This document shows, one piece after another, positions 1 through 43,662 of a stretch of 64,000 bases of DNA. The stretch comes from Eledone cirrhosa (taxonomy: Eukaryota): positions 44,888,001-44,952,000 of the forward strand of contig OZ024754.1 in the NCBI GenBank assembly GCA_964016885.1, written 5' to 3'. The translations under genes were made by a program, and so were the position numbers. The notes beneath the pieces were generated by a model, which worked only from the letters and a program-made list of their open reading frames with translations, ran no database searches and was not told the origin of the DNA. The stretch's first letter is position 1. Each line of letters starts with the position of its first letter.

Positions 1-396
1 AAATGTAGACATTCTAAAAATATCCCCCAAGGTATATCTGGTACATTAACAAGTCTGCCAATTTAGCACCATTGTAATAATTAACTTTATAAAAAAACAA
101 CTCTTCCCTGACTGTATTCTGACCAGATCTGAGCAGATGTAAATCAACATACTTCATCAGATGGAAAATATTGCTAGAGCTTTAATTAGCCAAGAAAAAC
201 TTGATCAGGTTTAATCTGACAAGTGTCAGCATCTGTCTTAACGATCGATACATATAAGGAATGTTGTTGGTGGGGGTGGGGACACAGGTACTGTTGTTGT
301 TGTTGTTGTTGTTTCAATGTTATTAAATTAACTTTTGAGATTGTCTGATTAAATCACCCCCACTCTGCTTATAAAACTTCAAAACCTATGGTTTAA

Positions 397-30869
<30,473 letters not shown>

Positions 30870-32600
30870 ACCGAGCTGACCAGAACCTACCAAGTCTTCT
30901 TAACCTCGCAATCTTAAATTCTTCTGTTATCAGCAATTCTATTACACACACACACACACACACATTCACACATACACACACACACAAGCGCACACACACA
31001 CACGCACACACACACATATACATGCACACACACTCACTCATGCACACACATACATTCAAACATAAACACAAATACACATACATGCATCCCCCCCCCCACA
31101 CGCACATATATATATATACACATATATAGGTACATACACACACACACACACACACACGCGCTTTTTTTTTTATTTCTGTCGTTTTTTATGTCTAGTTACA
31201 TAGCAACAAAATATTATTTACATTGATATAAGCTTTGACCTTTCTTTGTTAAGGGTGGTGGGGTGGTGGGGTATTGGGGTATCGGTGGGGTATTGGTGGG
31301 GTGGTGGGGTATTGGTGGGGTGGTGGGGTGGCTTAAAGGGCAGGGATTGTGTGTGATCTAATGTGCGTAGTATGTGGTCTTCTTTACATGAGTTTCTGTG
31401 TTCTATACACAGGTGTGTGTGTGTGTGTATATATAAGTATATACACAGGTGTGTGTGTGTGTGTGTATATGTAAGTATATATATATATTTATCTGTATGC
31501 ATATTTAAGTATATATATATATATATTTGTGTGTGGGTATATATAAGTATATATATTTGTGTGTGTGTGTGTGTATAAGTATATGTATATGTGTGTGTGT
31601 GTATAAGTATATTTCTGTGTGTGCATAAGTATATATATTTGTGTGTGTGTATAAGTATATGTATGTGTGTGTGTGTGTGTATAAGTATATTTCTGTGTGT
31701 GTATAAGTATATGTATGTGTGTGTGTGTGTGTATAAGTATATGTATGTGTGTGTATATAACAATACAGCACCTCTACGACTCTATCAGGAGTTAGGCACC
31801 ATACCATATATATATATATGACCCATGCTAGCGTGGAAAATGGACGTTAAACGATGATGATGATATATATATCATCACTGTTTTACGTCCATTCTTCCAC
31901 TCTAGCATGGGTTAGACGGGTTGTCCTGTTGTGGGACCAGGTCAGGTGACCTTGCCTTGCTCATATGGGAATATATATATATAATCATCATTATTACCAG
32001 TTTTACTTCAAGTTCTCTATGCTAGCATGGGTTGGATTAACATTTTTGAGGCAGTATTTTACAGCCAGATGGGCTTTGTGGCACCTACTCGTTTAGTTGC
32101 CTATGACATGCTGGGATACCTATTTTAAACTGGGTACACTTACATATATACACACACACATATGTATGTATATTCAGTATTGGTGTGTGGGTGTATGTGT
32201 GTATGTGCACATGTGTGGGTGTATGTGTGTATGTGCACATGTGTGGGTGTATGTGTGTATGTGCACATGTGTGGGTGTATGTGAACAACACAGCGATGAT
32301 GATTTGATATATGTTCTAAAATTTCTGTAGATTGCTTTGTGTGTGTGAATATATATATATATATATATAGGTATGTGTTTGTGTACAAGGTAATGTGTAT
32401 GTATGTAGATAGAAGGTAACAATAATGTGTGTGTGTGTGTGTGGTGTGTGATGTGGTGTGTGTGTGTTTTTGTATGCGGGAGAGTTGCTCCTGAATGAAA
32501 TTCTTTCATGTTTTAAAATGGAGGCCATAAATCTGAATGAAAAGAGAAAAATCTAGAAAAGACTAGACACAACAACAACAACAACACCATTAGTAACACC

Positions 32601-32631
<31 letters not shown>

Positions 32632-32919
32632 CCATTAGTAAGACCACCACCACCAACAACAACAACAACAACACCATTAGTAGCATCACCACCACCAACA
32701 ACACCATTAGTAACACCACCACCACCACCACCACCACCATCAGCAATATTAGGACACCACTAAGAACATTAGTATCACCACCAAGAATACCATTAGTAAC
32801 TCCACCACCAACAGCAACTACACCAATAAAACCATTAACTCCATCACTATCACCAACTACATTCTAACAATACCAGTAACATCTGCAATAACGATGACAC
32901 AATAACAATACAAACAGAA

Positions 32920-34232
32920 CACCACCAACACCAACAACACCACCAACACTACCAACACTACCAACACTACCAACACCACCAACACCACCAACAACACCAA
33001 CAACACCACCAACACTACCAACACTACCAACACCACCAACAACACCAACACTACCAACACTACCAACACCACCAACACCACCAACACCACCAACACCACC
33101 AACACCAACAACACCACCAACACCACCAACAACACCAACACCACCAACATTACCAACACTACCAACACCACCAACACCACCAACACCACCAACACCACCA
33201 ACACTACCAACACCACCAACACTACCAACACTACCAACACTACCAACACCACCAACACTACCAACACTACCAACACCACCAACACTACCAACACTACCAA
33301 CACCACCAACACCACCAACACTACCAACACCACCAACACTACCAACACTACCAACACCACTACCACCAACACCACCAATACTACCAACACCACCAACACT
33401 ACCAACACTACCAACACTACCAACACCACCAACACTACCAACACTACCAACACCACCAACACTACCAACACTACCAACACTACCAACACCACCAACACTA
33501 CCAACACTACCAACACCACCAACACTACCAACACTACCAACACTACCAACACCACCAACACTACCAACACCACCAACACCACCAACACTACCAACACCAC
33601 CAATACTACCAACACCAACAACACTACCAACACTACCAACACCACTACCACCAACACCACCAACACTACCAACAACACCAACACTACCAACACTACCAAC
33701 ACTACCAACACTACCAACACCACCAACACCACCAACACCAACAACACTACCAACACTACCAACACCACTACCACCAACACCACCAATACTACCAACACTA
33801 CCAACACCACCAACACTACCAACACCACCAATACTACCAACACCAACAACACTACCAACACTACCAACACCACTACCACCAACACCACCAACACTACCAA
33901 CAACACCAACACTACCAACACTACCAACACTACCAACACCACCAACACCACCAACACCACCAACACCACCAATACTACCAACACCAACAACACTACCAAC
34001 ACTACCAACACCACTACCACCAACACCACCAATACTACCAACACTACCAACACCACCAACATTACCAACACCACCAACACCACCAACAACACCAACACTA
34101 CCAACACCACCAACACTACCAACATTACCAACACTACCAACACTACCAACACCACCAACACCACCAACAACACCAACACCACCAACACCACCACCACCAC
34201 TACCAACAACACTAACACCAACAACATCAACA
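32920..34232. repeat. 9-bp satellite CCAACAC(T/C)A, ~1.3 kb
   Basis: Direct reading. Confidence 0.95.
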
Positions 34233-34430
34233 AAATGACTGTGCCAAATGAAATTTCTTTTCATTCTTTCTTTCTTACAATATATCTTTCTTCCATTCTC
34301 TTTCTTACTCTTTCTTTAATTCTATATTTCTTTCTTTTCAATCTTCTATACTTTCCTTCTCGACCCTTTTTCTTCCTTCTTTAATTTTCTTCCTTCCTTT
34401 GTTTCATTGTTATATAGATATTATTATTAT

Positions 34431-34466
<36 letters not shown>

Positions 34467-34544
34467 TGTTGTTGTATTCCTTCCTCTCCTCTTCAGTTCA
34501 TTCCAGTGAGACATGAATATATATTATATAACATGAATATATAT

Positions 34545-34581
<37 letters not shown>

Positions 34582-35058
34582 AATATATAACTTTTCTTAT
34601 GATAATATATACACATATATATACAATTTATAGATGTATATATTTATATAACATATATACTATCATAAGACATGTTAATATATATATATATATAGTATAA
34701 AGTGTCGGGAGTCCGATGGCTTATCTCTTGCCGTTTCAACAGACATCTTTTTCTGCCCCCCCCCCCCCCCCTCTACACTAATGTATCTAGATCTGTTGCC
34801 TAGCAGCAGAACTTTTTAGCAAGAGAATACAACGAAAATAAAGATTAAAAATAATCAAAAAACAATTATTTAATTAATTAAATAAATGAATGAATAAAAA
34901 AATTAGAATGAAATAAAAATAAAATAAAATGTTTGTTTGTTCTTTATAGTCTCCATTGACACAGTAAGTCATCTTTTAACCATTTACACCAGTGATTCCC
35001 ACCACACAGGGGAACGATTTGAATATTTAACTTGTTACCATTTACATTACTCTATTTA

Positions 35059-35225
35059 CCGTATTTCCCGGCCTCGAAGACGCTACTTTTCCCTAAAATA
35101 AGTCTAAAAAATCTACCATGTGTCCCGGAGGCCAAAGGTTGTTTATTATTTTTTTTTTAATTTTTGGTTGTCAAAATCAGTGTGGGTCCTCGGGGACGAG
35201 GCGTCTTCGGTGCCAGGTAATATGG
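35059..35225. mobile_element. Tc1/mariner/pogo-like MITE nested in a piggyBac-MITE fragment
   Basis: TA|CCGTATTTCCCGGCCTCGAAGACGC...GCGTCTTCGGTGCCAGGTAATATGG|TA; the flanks rejoin into the piggyBac-MITE end sequence. Confidence 0.65.
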
Positions 35226-35269
35226 TAAACTATTATATTTTCATGGTGAATATTCTCTCGAGTTTCATG

Positions 35270-35398
35270 AAACCTGTGTAGAGTGTAACAGGAACCTGTG
35301 TAGAGTGTAACAAGAAACGGTGTAGTGTGTAACAGGAACCTGTGTAGTGTAACAGGAACCTATGTAGTGTAACAGGAACCTATGTAGAGTGTAACAGC
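35270..35398. repeat. ~20-22-bp tandem repeat AACCTGTGTAGAGTGTAACAGG, ~6 copies
   Basis: Direct reading. Confidence 0.85.
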
Positions 35399-36657
35399 AA
35401 CACAGTTAGAAATGTTAGTTTCCTTGTACTGCAAAGATCTGATTCTCTTGTAGACTATTCTTAGAATATAGTCTTATAATCCCACACACTCCCTGATCGT
35501 TATAAAATATATACACCATCTTCACCACCATCCCCATCCCCACCACCCCCACCCCCACCGTCAACACCCCCACACCGCCACCATCATCACCACCCCCACC
35601 ATCGTCACCATCATCATCACCAACATCATCACCATCAACACTGCCATCACCACCACCACCATCATCACCATCATCATCACCAACATCATCACCATCAACA
35701 CTGCCATCACCATCATCACCATCATCAACACCGCCACCATCATCACCACCACCACCATCATCATCACCATCAACACCACCATCATCATTACAACACATCG
35801 TACTTAAATTACATAACAGAAAGCTGTTGCTGCACAGCAACAACAACAACAGCAGTCCTTGTATCATCTGCCTAGAAACCTGGATGATGTAAATAGATGA
35901 AAAGTAGCTGAACCAAGCACTTATAGACATATCATACATAGCTATAGTGAGGGGGGGGGGTGACTTGGTTCTATCTATCTTTCTCTCTATGGACTGCTAT
36001 TGAGCTTTGTTAGTGTTGTTATTATATTTTGTGTTCAAAGATAGATATATTGGTAAATATACTTTAACAGTTAGTTATGGAGAGAGAAAGACAGACAGAC
36101 AGACAGATACCTAGCTAGATAGATAGATGGGTATGTAGATATATATATATATATGTACATAGACAGATAGATTGACAACAACAACAACAACAACTGTGTC
36201 ATCAGCATTACAACAACGACGATACTGAAATAATATCAATGTCACATTTACATGTAATAAACTCACTAAATAGTATCAACACCACCACTACCACCAGCAC
36301 TACTTCTATTACCAGCACTACTTCTATTACCAACACTACAACCATTGCTGCCCCCCCCCCGCTACCACTACTACTACTAATACTAATACTACTACTACCA
36401 CCACTGCTACTACTACTACTGCAGCTGCTACTATACTACCACCACCACCACCACTACTACCACCACCACTTCTACTACTACTACTACCACCACTACTACT
36501 ATTACTACTACCATTACTACTACTACTGCTGTCAGTTCCCTCCACCAGTATTTACTGGCAGTAGACCACAAGTTCTTGTTATCGCAGCATGAAGCAGTTT
36601 TTAACAAATAAAGTATCACAGCGATATACAATTATTTTACAAACGTTAGTATCAGCT

Positions 36658-36729
36658 TCCCAAGTGGTCTAGTGGTTAGGATTCCGCGCTCTCACCGCGG
36701 CGGCCGGGGTTCGATTCCCCGCTTGGGAA
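36658..36729 (+). tRNA. tRNA-Glu(CTC)
   Basis: 72-nt cloverleaf: acceptor TCCCAAG/CTTGGGA, anticodon arm CCGCG-CTCTCAC-CGCGG, T arm CGGGG-TTCGATT-CCCCG, A and B boxes, TTTT terminator just downstream. Confidence 0.96.
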
Positions 36730-37034
36730 ACAGCTATTTTGCTTAATCCTACAACTAGTTATAGTTTCGTTGTATTTCAACAAAGAAGGGTTTTTTTATT
36801 AAATAATTGTTTTTATTTAATACACTGAAATAGCTGCCATTTCCGACTTTTTTCTGTGGTAATTTGGTATTTTTTTTCGAAAACTTGGGCATTGAACACT
36901 TGTTGAGTCCCATCCCTTCAGGTTTCATGCAGAAAAGGTGAAAGAGTGCGCGTGTGGTGCAAATGAATCGAGCTCGGCGGGTTTTGAACACAGAACCGGA
37001 AGAAATACTGCAAGTCATTCTAGACCAACAACAG

Positions 37035-37455
37035 AGAATACTATGCTGTGACACTCTTTCCAGCGGCAACTGGGTGTATTTGGCGACAGACCCTGGCTTC
37101 GTTGCTTGACAAACTGAAGATCGCGAGCTATTGAAGTATCGGTCGCTTTCTGATAGGTTTGTCGTTGAACCTGTCACGATGGTGTCTCTGGCGTTCTTGG
37201 ACCCCTCCCTACTCACTGCTATTGAGGCCGAGTTGGTCATCTGCAAGAATGAGTCCCGAGATTTGGAGTGGTTTCTTGTCAAAACTGTTACGGTAGAGAC
37301 CTTTGGCGTTCTTGGAACCCCGAAACATCCCCTTCTCACTTCTATCGGGACAGAGTTGGCCACCCACAGGAGCGATCCCCTAAGAATTTGAATGACTATA
37401 TCAACACATCTCCGTTGCTACTCTTCTGGGTACGCTTCCTCCAATCTGTCTGATA
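37035..37455 (+). mobile_element. Decayed C-terminal (restriction-like endonuclease) region of a CRE-clade non-LTR retrotransposon
   Basis: Conceptual translation CCDTLSSGN...A*QTEDRELLKYRSLSDRFVVEPV...VETFGVLG...LLTSIG...E*LYQHISVATLLG resembles the recalled CRE C-terminal pattern (DT...AExRKxxKY...PVAVETxGxxG...WLxQRISxAxxRGNA); contains stops and frameshifts. Confidence 0.6.
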
Positions 37456-37530
37456 GGACCATAAGGCGGCTTGCACTAGGGGTACTATATGCATGATCTC
37501 CCACACTATCTAGTATTCTTTTTCTTGTTT

Positions 37531-37562
<32 letters not shown>

Positions 37563-37916
37563 CAATTTGCGATTGTCACAATTCCTATTTATATATAAGA
37601 AGTATATTGTACATTGAGTGAGTATGTGTAGACACTAGGTTGGGTTTTTGTTAGTCTTAAACTAGATTCCTATTTCATCGTCTGTTTTACATGCACCCAT
37701 GCAGCAGTAAATATTATCTCAACCCCACCCTACAAAAAAGCTGAGACTAGGAAGTGAGCTACCGTGTGGCAGGCCGTGGGGAAGGAGAATATGATATTTA
37801 TATCTTCATTGCCTCTACATTTCACCCATCCATCAACTCATAAATAACTTGCTATGTTTAACGTTAATAGAAAGAATAAAAGGTATATAGTTATTAAGCA
37901 TCTTCGTCTGTCAGCT

Positions 37917-37988
37917 TCCCAAGTGGTCTAGTGGTTAGGATTCCGCGCTCTCACCGCGGCGGCCGGGGTTCGATTCCCCGCTTGGGAA
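37917..37988 (+). tRNA. tRNA-Glu(CTC), identical second copy
   Basis: Identical to 36658-36729, with the same short flanks (TCAGCT 5', AYAGCTATTTTG 3'). Confidence 0.96.
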
Positions 37989-38477
37989 ATAGCTATTTTG
38001 TTTCATATTATGAAATTATTCATAGATGTTTCTACGACAGAGAAGTTACCTCTCGTGCTATATCTACGGAAACTAAATGTTTTTATTTCTTCTAACAACA
38101 AGATTCTATTTTCTATTTGTGTCCAGGATTAGCCAATGTATTATTTTTCTGCTTGTTTCCATCGTCCTCTCCAAGTTTCTTTCCCCTCAGCTCTCAATTT
38201 TTTTTCTCATTTCCATACTTCTCAGAGCTGTTCCTCTCCCCACTCCTCGCAAGAACCCGGTCAATCGTCTACCCTTACTCTATTTGGCGGGTATCTCTAC
38301 ATTTCCTTGTAATCAGTGTTTATATATGTTAGAAACCTAACACACAGGGTAACAGACCACTGGATCAGCCATAATATACTATACAACAGGGGTCTCATTC
38401 AATGACTAAAGGGGCCATTATAACTGGGGAAGAAACGCAGCGAGCCAAAAGTGAGATAAGGGGGTGAGGATTGTGAT

Positions 38478-39361
38478 TTTGGTTCCTTTGTGTTCGGACC
38501 TGGTGTACATGAGAGATGGGGAGGGCGGGGGACACGGAAGCGATGACAGTGGAGGTTTGGTTCTTCTGTGTTCGGACCTGGTGTACATGAGAGATAAGGA
38601 GGGCGGGGGACACGGAAGTGATGACAGTGGGGGTTTGGTTCTTCTGTGTTCGGACCTGGTGTACATGAGAGATAAGGAGGGCGGGGTACACGGAAGTGAT
38701 GACAGTGGGGGTTTGGTTCTTCTGTGTTCGGACCTGGTGTACATGAGAGATATGGAGGGCGGGGGACACGGAAGTGATGACAGTGGGGGTTTGGTTCCTC
38801 TGTGTTCGGACCTGGTGTACATGAGAGATGGGAGGGCGGAGGACATGGAAGCGATGACAGTGGGAGTTTGGTTCCTTTGTGTTCGGACCTGGTGTACATG
38901 AGAGATGGGAGGGCGGGGACACGGAAGTGATGACAGTGGGGGTTTGGTTCCTCTGTGTTCGGACCTGGTGTACATGAGAGATGGGAGGGCGGGGGACATG
39001 GAAGTGATGACAGTGGGGGTTTGGTTCCTCTGTGTTCGGACCTGGTGTACATGAGAGATGGGAGGGCGGGGGACACGGAAGTGATGACAGTGGGGGTTTG
39101 GTTCCTCTGTGTTCGGACCTGGTGTACATGAGAGATGGGAGGGCGGGGGACACGGAAGTGATGACAGTGGGGGTTTGGTTCCTCTGTGTTCGGACCTGGT
39201 GTACATGAGAGATGGGAGGGCGGGGGACACGGAAGTGATGACAGTGGGGGTTTGGTTCCTCTGTGTTCGGACCTGGTGTACATGAGAGATGGGAGGGCGG
39301 GGGACACGGAAGTGATGACAGTGGGGGTTTGGTTCCTCTGTGTTCGGACCTGGTGTACATG
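38478..39361. repeat. GC-rich 77-78-bp minisatellite, ~11.5 copies
   Basis: Unit GGTTCCTCTGTGTTCGGACCTGGTGTACATGAGAGATGGGAGGGCGGGGGACACGGAAGTGATGACAGTGGGGGTTT. Confidence 0.95.
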
Positions 39362-41348
39362 TGTGTGTGATTTTACACTACCGACATTTTCATTTCCACA
39401 ATTATGCTGAATATTATTGTAGACATAAAATATTTTAGTTTATTATTCACTCTAAAGAAAACAAAAAGGGATTACGACAAACAGTGTCAGCTATAAAGAA
39501 AATTTAAGGGAAAACCTAGTTGGACAGATTTGGAAAATCTTTTTTTTTTTTTACTTATTTTAATACTAAGTTTGCCCCCCCCCCCCCTGACATTTTTGGA
39601 AATATTTAATCATTGAGCTAATAATTACTTCTCCTCACGACGGGTGTAATTTCAGTTAATTTAAATTTCTCGGCTCAGTACATTATATAAATTAGTACCG
39701 ACCTTACCTGTGTGTGTGTGTGTGTGTGTGTGAGTGTCTGAGTGTGAGTGTGTATGTATATGTGTGTATATGTGAGTCAGCTGGCTCACTGCCTGCTTGT
39801 TAGTTATATTACTTAGTAATCAACTTTGAAGACAGGTAAATGGAAAGGTAAGCGTGCTGACTCATTTGATATTTAGTGACTTGTGGTGGTGGTTGTAGTG
39901 TAGTGGTGGTAGTAGTGTAGTGGTGGTAGTAGTAGTGTAGTGGTTGTAGTATAGTGGTGGTGGTAGTTGTAGTATAGTGGTGGTAGTAGTGGTGGCGGTG
40001 GTGGTTATGTAGTGGTGGTGGTGGTGGTATGGTGGTAGTAGTAATGGTGATAGTAGTAGTGGTGTGGTGGTAGTAGTAGTGTTGGTGGTGGTAGTAGTAG
40101 TGTAATGGTGGTAGTAGTAGTTGTTATTACTGTTGTTGTTTCTGTTGTTATTACTGTAGTTAATTAATTAGTTAATTTATGGTAGTAGTAGTAGTAGTGA
40201 TGGTGGTGGTAGCGGTGGTATTGGTGGTAGTAGTGGTGGTATTGGTGGAAGTGATAGTTGTGTGTGTGTGGATGGTGGTGATTGTGAGGGGGTATTGGTA
40301 TTCCTGTTATTGCTGTTGCTGTTGCTGTTGCTGTTAGTGGTGGTGGTGGTGGTGGTGTTAGTGGAGATAGTTTGGTTAATGGTTCGGTATAAAGGGGTGA
40401 AGGGGGGGGGGGTGCAGGTAGGTGGTGGTAGTGAGGAAGTTAAGATAATAGCGACAACTATTGACTGTGGGGTGGGGATGGGGTAGATGATACCGGAAGT
40501 AATGACGGGTGGATTAGGTCAAACGTGATTATGAATGAAGCTGATTCACGGTAGCCTTTGGTGGTTATGGTCGTGGTGGTGGTGGTGGTGGTTATGGTGG
40601 TGGTGGTCGTGGCTAGAGTGCTGATGGTGCTGGTACTGGTGGTGGTGTTGGTACTGGTGGTGGTGCTGGTGCTGGTACTGGTAGTGGTGGTGTTGGTACT
40701 TGTGGTGGGGATGGTGGTGGGGTTGGTAAATACATCTTTAGCAATACAAATCTGTGTATACGTGATGCATGGAGGCTTGCCTCTGTGCGCACGCGCGCGT
40801 GAATCTGTACATATGCGTGTGTGTCCGTGTGTGTTCATATGCGTGTGTGCCCGTGTGTGTTCATATGCGTCTGCGCTCGTATACGTGTGTGTCCGTGTGT
40901 GTCCGTGTGTACTCGTATGAGTGTGTACGAGAGTCGACAGAAAAGTTGATAGTCTGACCAAGATACTCTCATGGAATGACCAAATGAGGCTTAAATTTCA
41001 ACATTGTCCCTGGAAAAAAAACAATGCAGTTATTAATAAGAAGAGTTGAAATCAATACATGCAAGATTTCACAGCTCTAGCATCACTCTTTCGCAATCAA
41101 CCTATGAACGTTTCAGCCGACCCTCGTATATTAGAAGACAATGGCTTTATGAAACATCGGGGTCCAAACAAAATTCTTGCTGAAGATTATAAGAAAAACA
41201 CTTCCCTGGACAAGGTATCAGTCTCTCCCCTTTTCTGCCCCGTCCACCTCGGTGGGATTTGAACACAGAACGTAAATTACTGCAACTAAATACCACAAAA
41301 CATTTTGTCCGACATTCTAACGGTTCTGAAAATCGATTGCCCTCCATC

Positions 41349-41675
41349 CGGGGGTGTAACTAGAGTGTGGCCAGCATGGCACATGAAGGAGGCACCTCTT
41401 AGACTAGGAGCACGTGCCATGGGACCACATCAAGGGGGAGCTACTTGGACTAGGAACACGTTCTATTAAAGTGAAATAAACCTCGTCAGAGAGTGAAAAA
41501 AGAAACCCCTTCAGATGTATGATCTGTCTCTATCATGGCTGAGAACCCTATGGTGGCTGGATCATGAAACCATTTATATAAAATTATTAGGTCTCCATGG
41601 GTAGAAATACAGTGCTGGGAAGGGGCGCAATTTCACTGCTTGCCATAGGTGGTATTTCCCCTAGTTATGTCTCTG
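41349..41675. mobile_element. hAT-like MITE
   Basis: Degenerate TIRs CGGGGGTGTAACTAG / CTAGTTATGTCTCTG with an 8-bp duplication CCTCCATC / ACTCCATC (7/8). Confidence 0.6.
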
Positions 41676-42520
41676 ACTCCATCCCTAATATAAATAAAGA
41701 CAGTCTATTTTTATATATTTATATATTCTAACACTATTTCCCAGCGCTTTTATGTACGATCATATTTTTGAGATGTATGTCTAAATTGTACAAATATACT
41801 AACTGCAACATTATCTCAACTAAGTGTACTTCGAAACACATTCAGGCATGTATGAACTATAAATAAACACGTATACACACACACACACGTACATATGCAC
41901 GAACACGTACAGATGTACACATACACAGGTATACGTACACACATATACGTACACACATCCACACATACACCTATGCTTCTTAAATGTTATAAAAATCCTC
42001 CCCCAAAACAACACACTGGTAAAATGACTTATGAATAAATATCAAGTTTGAAAGCGATCCACTCATTATTTCTGGTACTTTATTTTATCGACCCCATAAG
42101 GTTGAAAAGCAAAGCTAACATCAGCAGGATTTGAACTTAGAAAGTAAAGGGCCATAACTCTACATAGCAAATCATGGGTGTCTGTCGCTCTACCAATTAC
42201 TGAAAATCCACCGCAGAATAATGGCATAAAAACACCAACATGAACGGAGAAAACGGAAATATAGACAGGGTGTACACGAAATAGCAATCATCAGCTGCCA
42301 GTTGGATGTTATTGCAGTTTCGTACGCCTGGAACAGAACCTCTGGTTCCAACAGCGGGCAGTGTTGTTAAACTTCAGTTTTACCTTGTTTAGATAATATC
42401 TTAAATACCATATAAACAGGAATGTAAATAAAAACTATAAATAATCCTGCCTAGTTTAAAAACGAAGTAGTCAAACAAGGACAGGAAAATATATGTAAAT
42501 AAAAAAAGAATATATAATTG

Positions 42521-42604
<84 letters not shown>

Positions 42605-42606
42605 GA

Positions 42607-42675
<69 letters not shown>

Positions 42676-42959
42676 GCAATTGTATTTTCTATTGTGCTTT
42701 CATGTTAGCTACTTTAATAGATCATGAAAATGTTTTTCTAAACATGAATTCATTCAATGTTTATCGAATTGTCTGCTAAGTATTTTCATTTATTTCCGAG
42801 ATATTTATTTCTATTATAACTATTATAACTATACAGGAGATATATTGAGTTAATGGTGTAGTATTAGATTTTGTTTAACCCCTGGTCAGCCATGGCCGAG
42901 CAGCCCTTAGATCAAAGACATCCACACCTTGATCAATCTTCTCTTGCGTCCTTTACTAA

Positions 42960-43325
42960 TTTAAGAATAATCATTTGATGAATACGAAAGGATACGCTCG
43001 TGAATACAAGTGGCCGAAATGGGGTTCCTCCGAAGGGTCTCTGGAACAACGTTACTCGATAAAGTGTGTAGCTGTGAGATCAGTGAGTCGCTCCAGGTAG
43101 AGCTGCTACTTCTCTGAATTGAGAGATCACAGCTCTGATACAACGGACATGTAGATAAAATGTCTCAGGAAAGAATCGCTGGACAGATTTTACAGGGAAG
43201 AGACCCAGAAGTAGATCTCGGCAAGATGGTTGGATAACATTCATGAGCTTGGCTGGTCACGCTTGGGGGTCCAGTCGGATCAGTTGGAGATGGTTGCTTC
43301 TGACAGGACCCACTGGAGGGAGTGT
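42960..43325 (+). mobile_element. Old RTE-like LINE 3' fragment; relatives at ~3100-3330(-), 16740-17000(+), 27030-27250(-), 30430-30690(-)
   Basis: Degenerate WYGHV.KM...RPR.RW...ASDRT.W motifs with frameshifts. Confidence 0.6.
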
Positions 43326-43662
43326 TTCTACTATTGTGTTTCTACTATTAGAGTTCTTACGGGGTCGATAAAATAAAGTACCAGTAATACACTGGGATAA
43401 TTGCTGGCCTTGTGCCAAAAATAGAAACAATTATATTAAAGTTTCAGTCTGAAGGTTTGGACTGTATTGTATTCTTTTGGTGTTAAAGGAGTTTTGGGGA
43501 CTTCTTTTGAATAGGTGCGAACTTCCGCCGGAGGGAAGGATAAGATGTCCCATCTCTGATACAGGATCTCCTTCATTGGTTCCATATCTCTTGTTGGTTT
43601 GTATGATAGGTTCTACATCTTTTTTATGTGTCTGTATTTATAGTTTAAAACGATATACATAT

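Noticed and set aside
32857-34264. 458/466-aa Val/Gly-rich ORFs
   Set aside because: Stop-free 9-bp satellite with no splice or compositional support.
36755-37363. 202-aa minus-strand ORF
   Set aside because: Antisense shadow of the decayed retroelement plus a SINE piece; no recognisable domain.
38478-39361. CRISPR-like appearance and 270-321 aa ORFs of the 77-bp array
   Set aside because: Contiguous near-identical units with no unique spacers, no cas genes and eukaryotic context; the ORFs are repeat artefacts.
42270-42345. Minus-strand GAAACTGC...GCAGCTGATGA
   Set aside because: No NUH triplet or stem I between the motifs.
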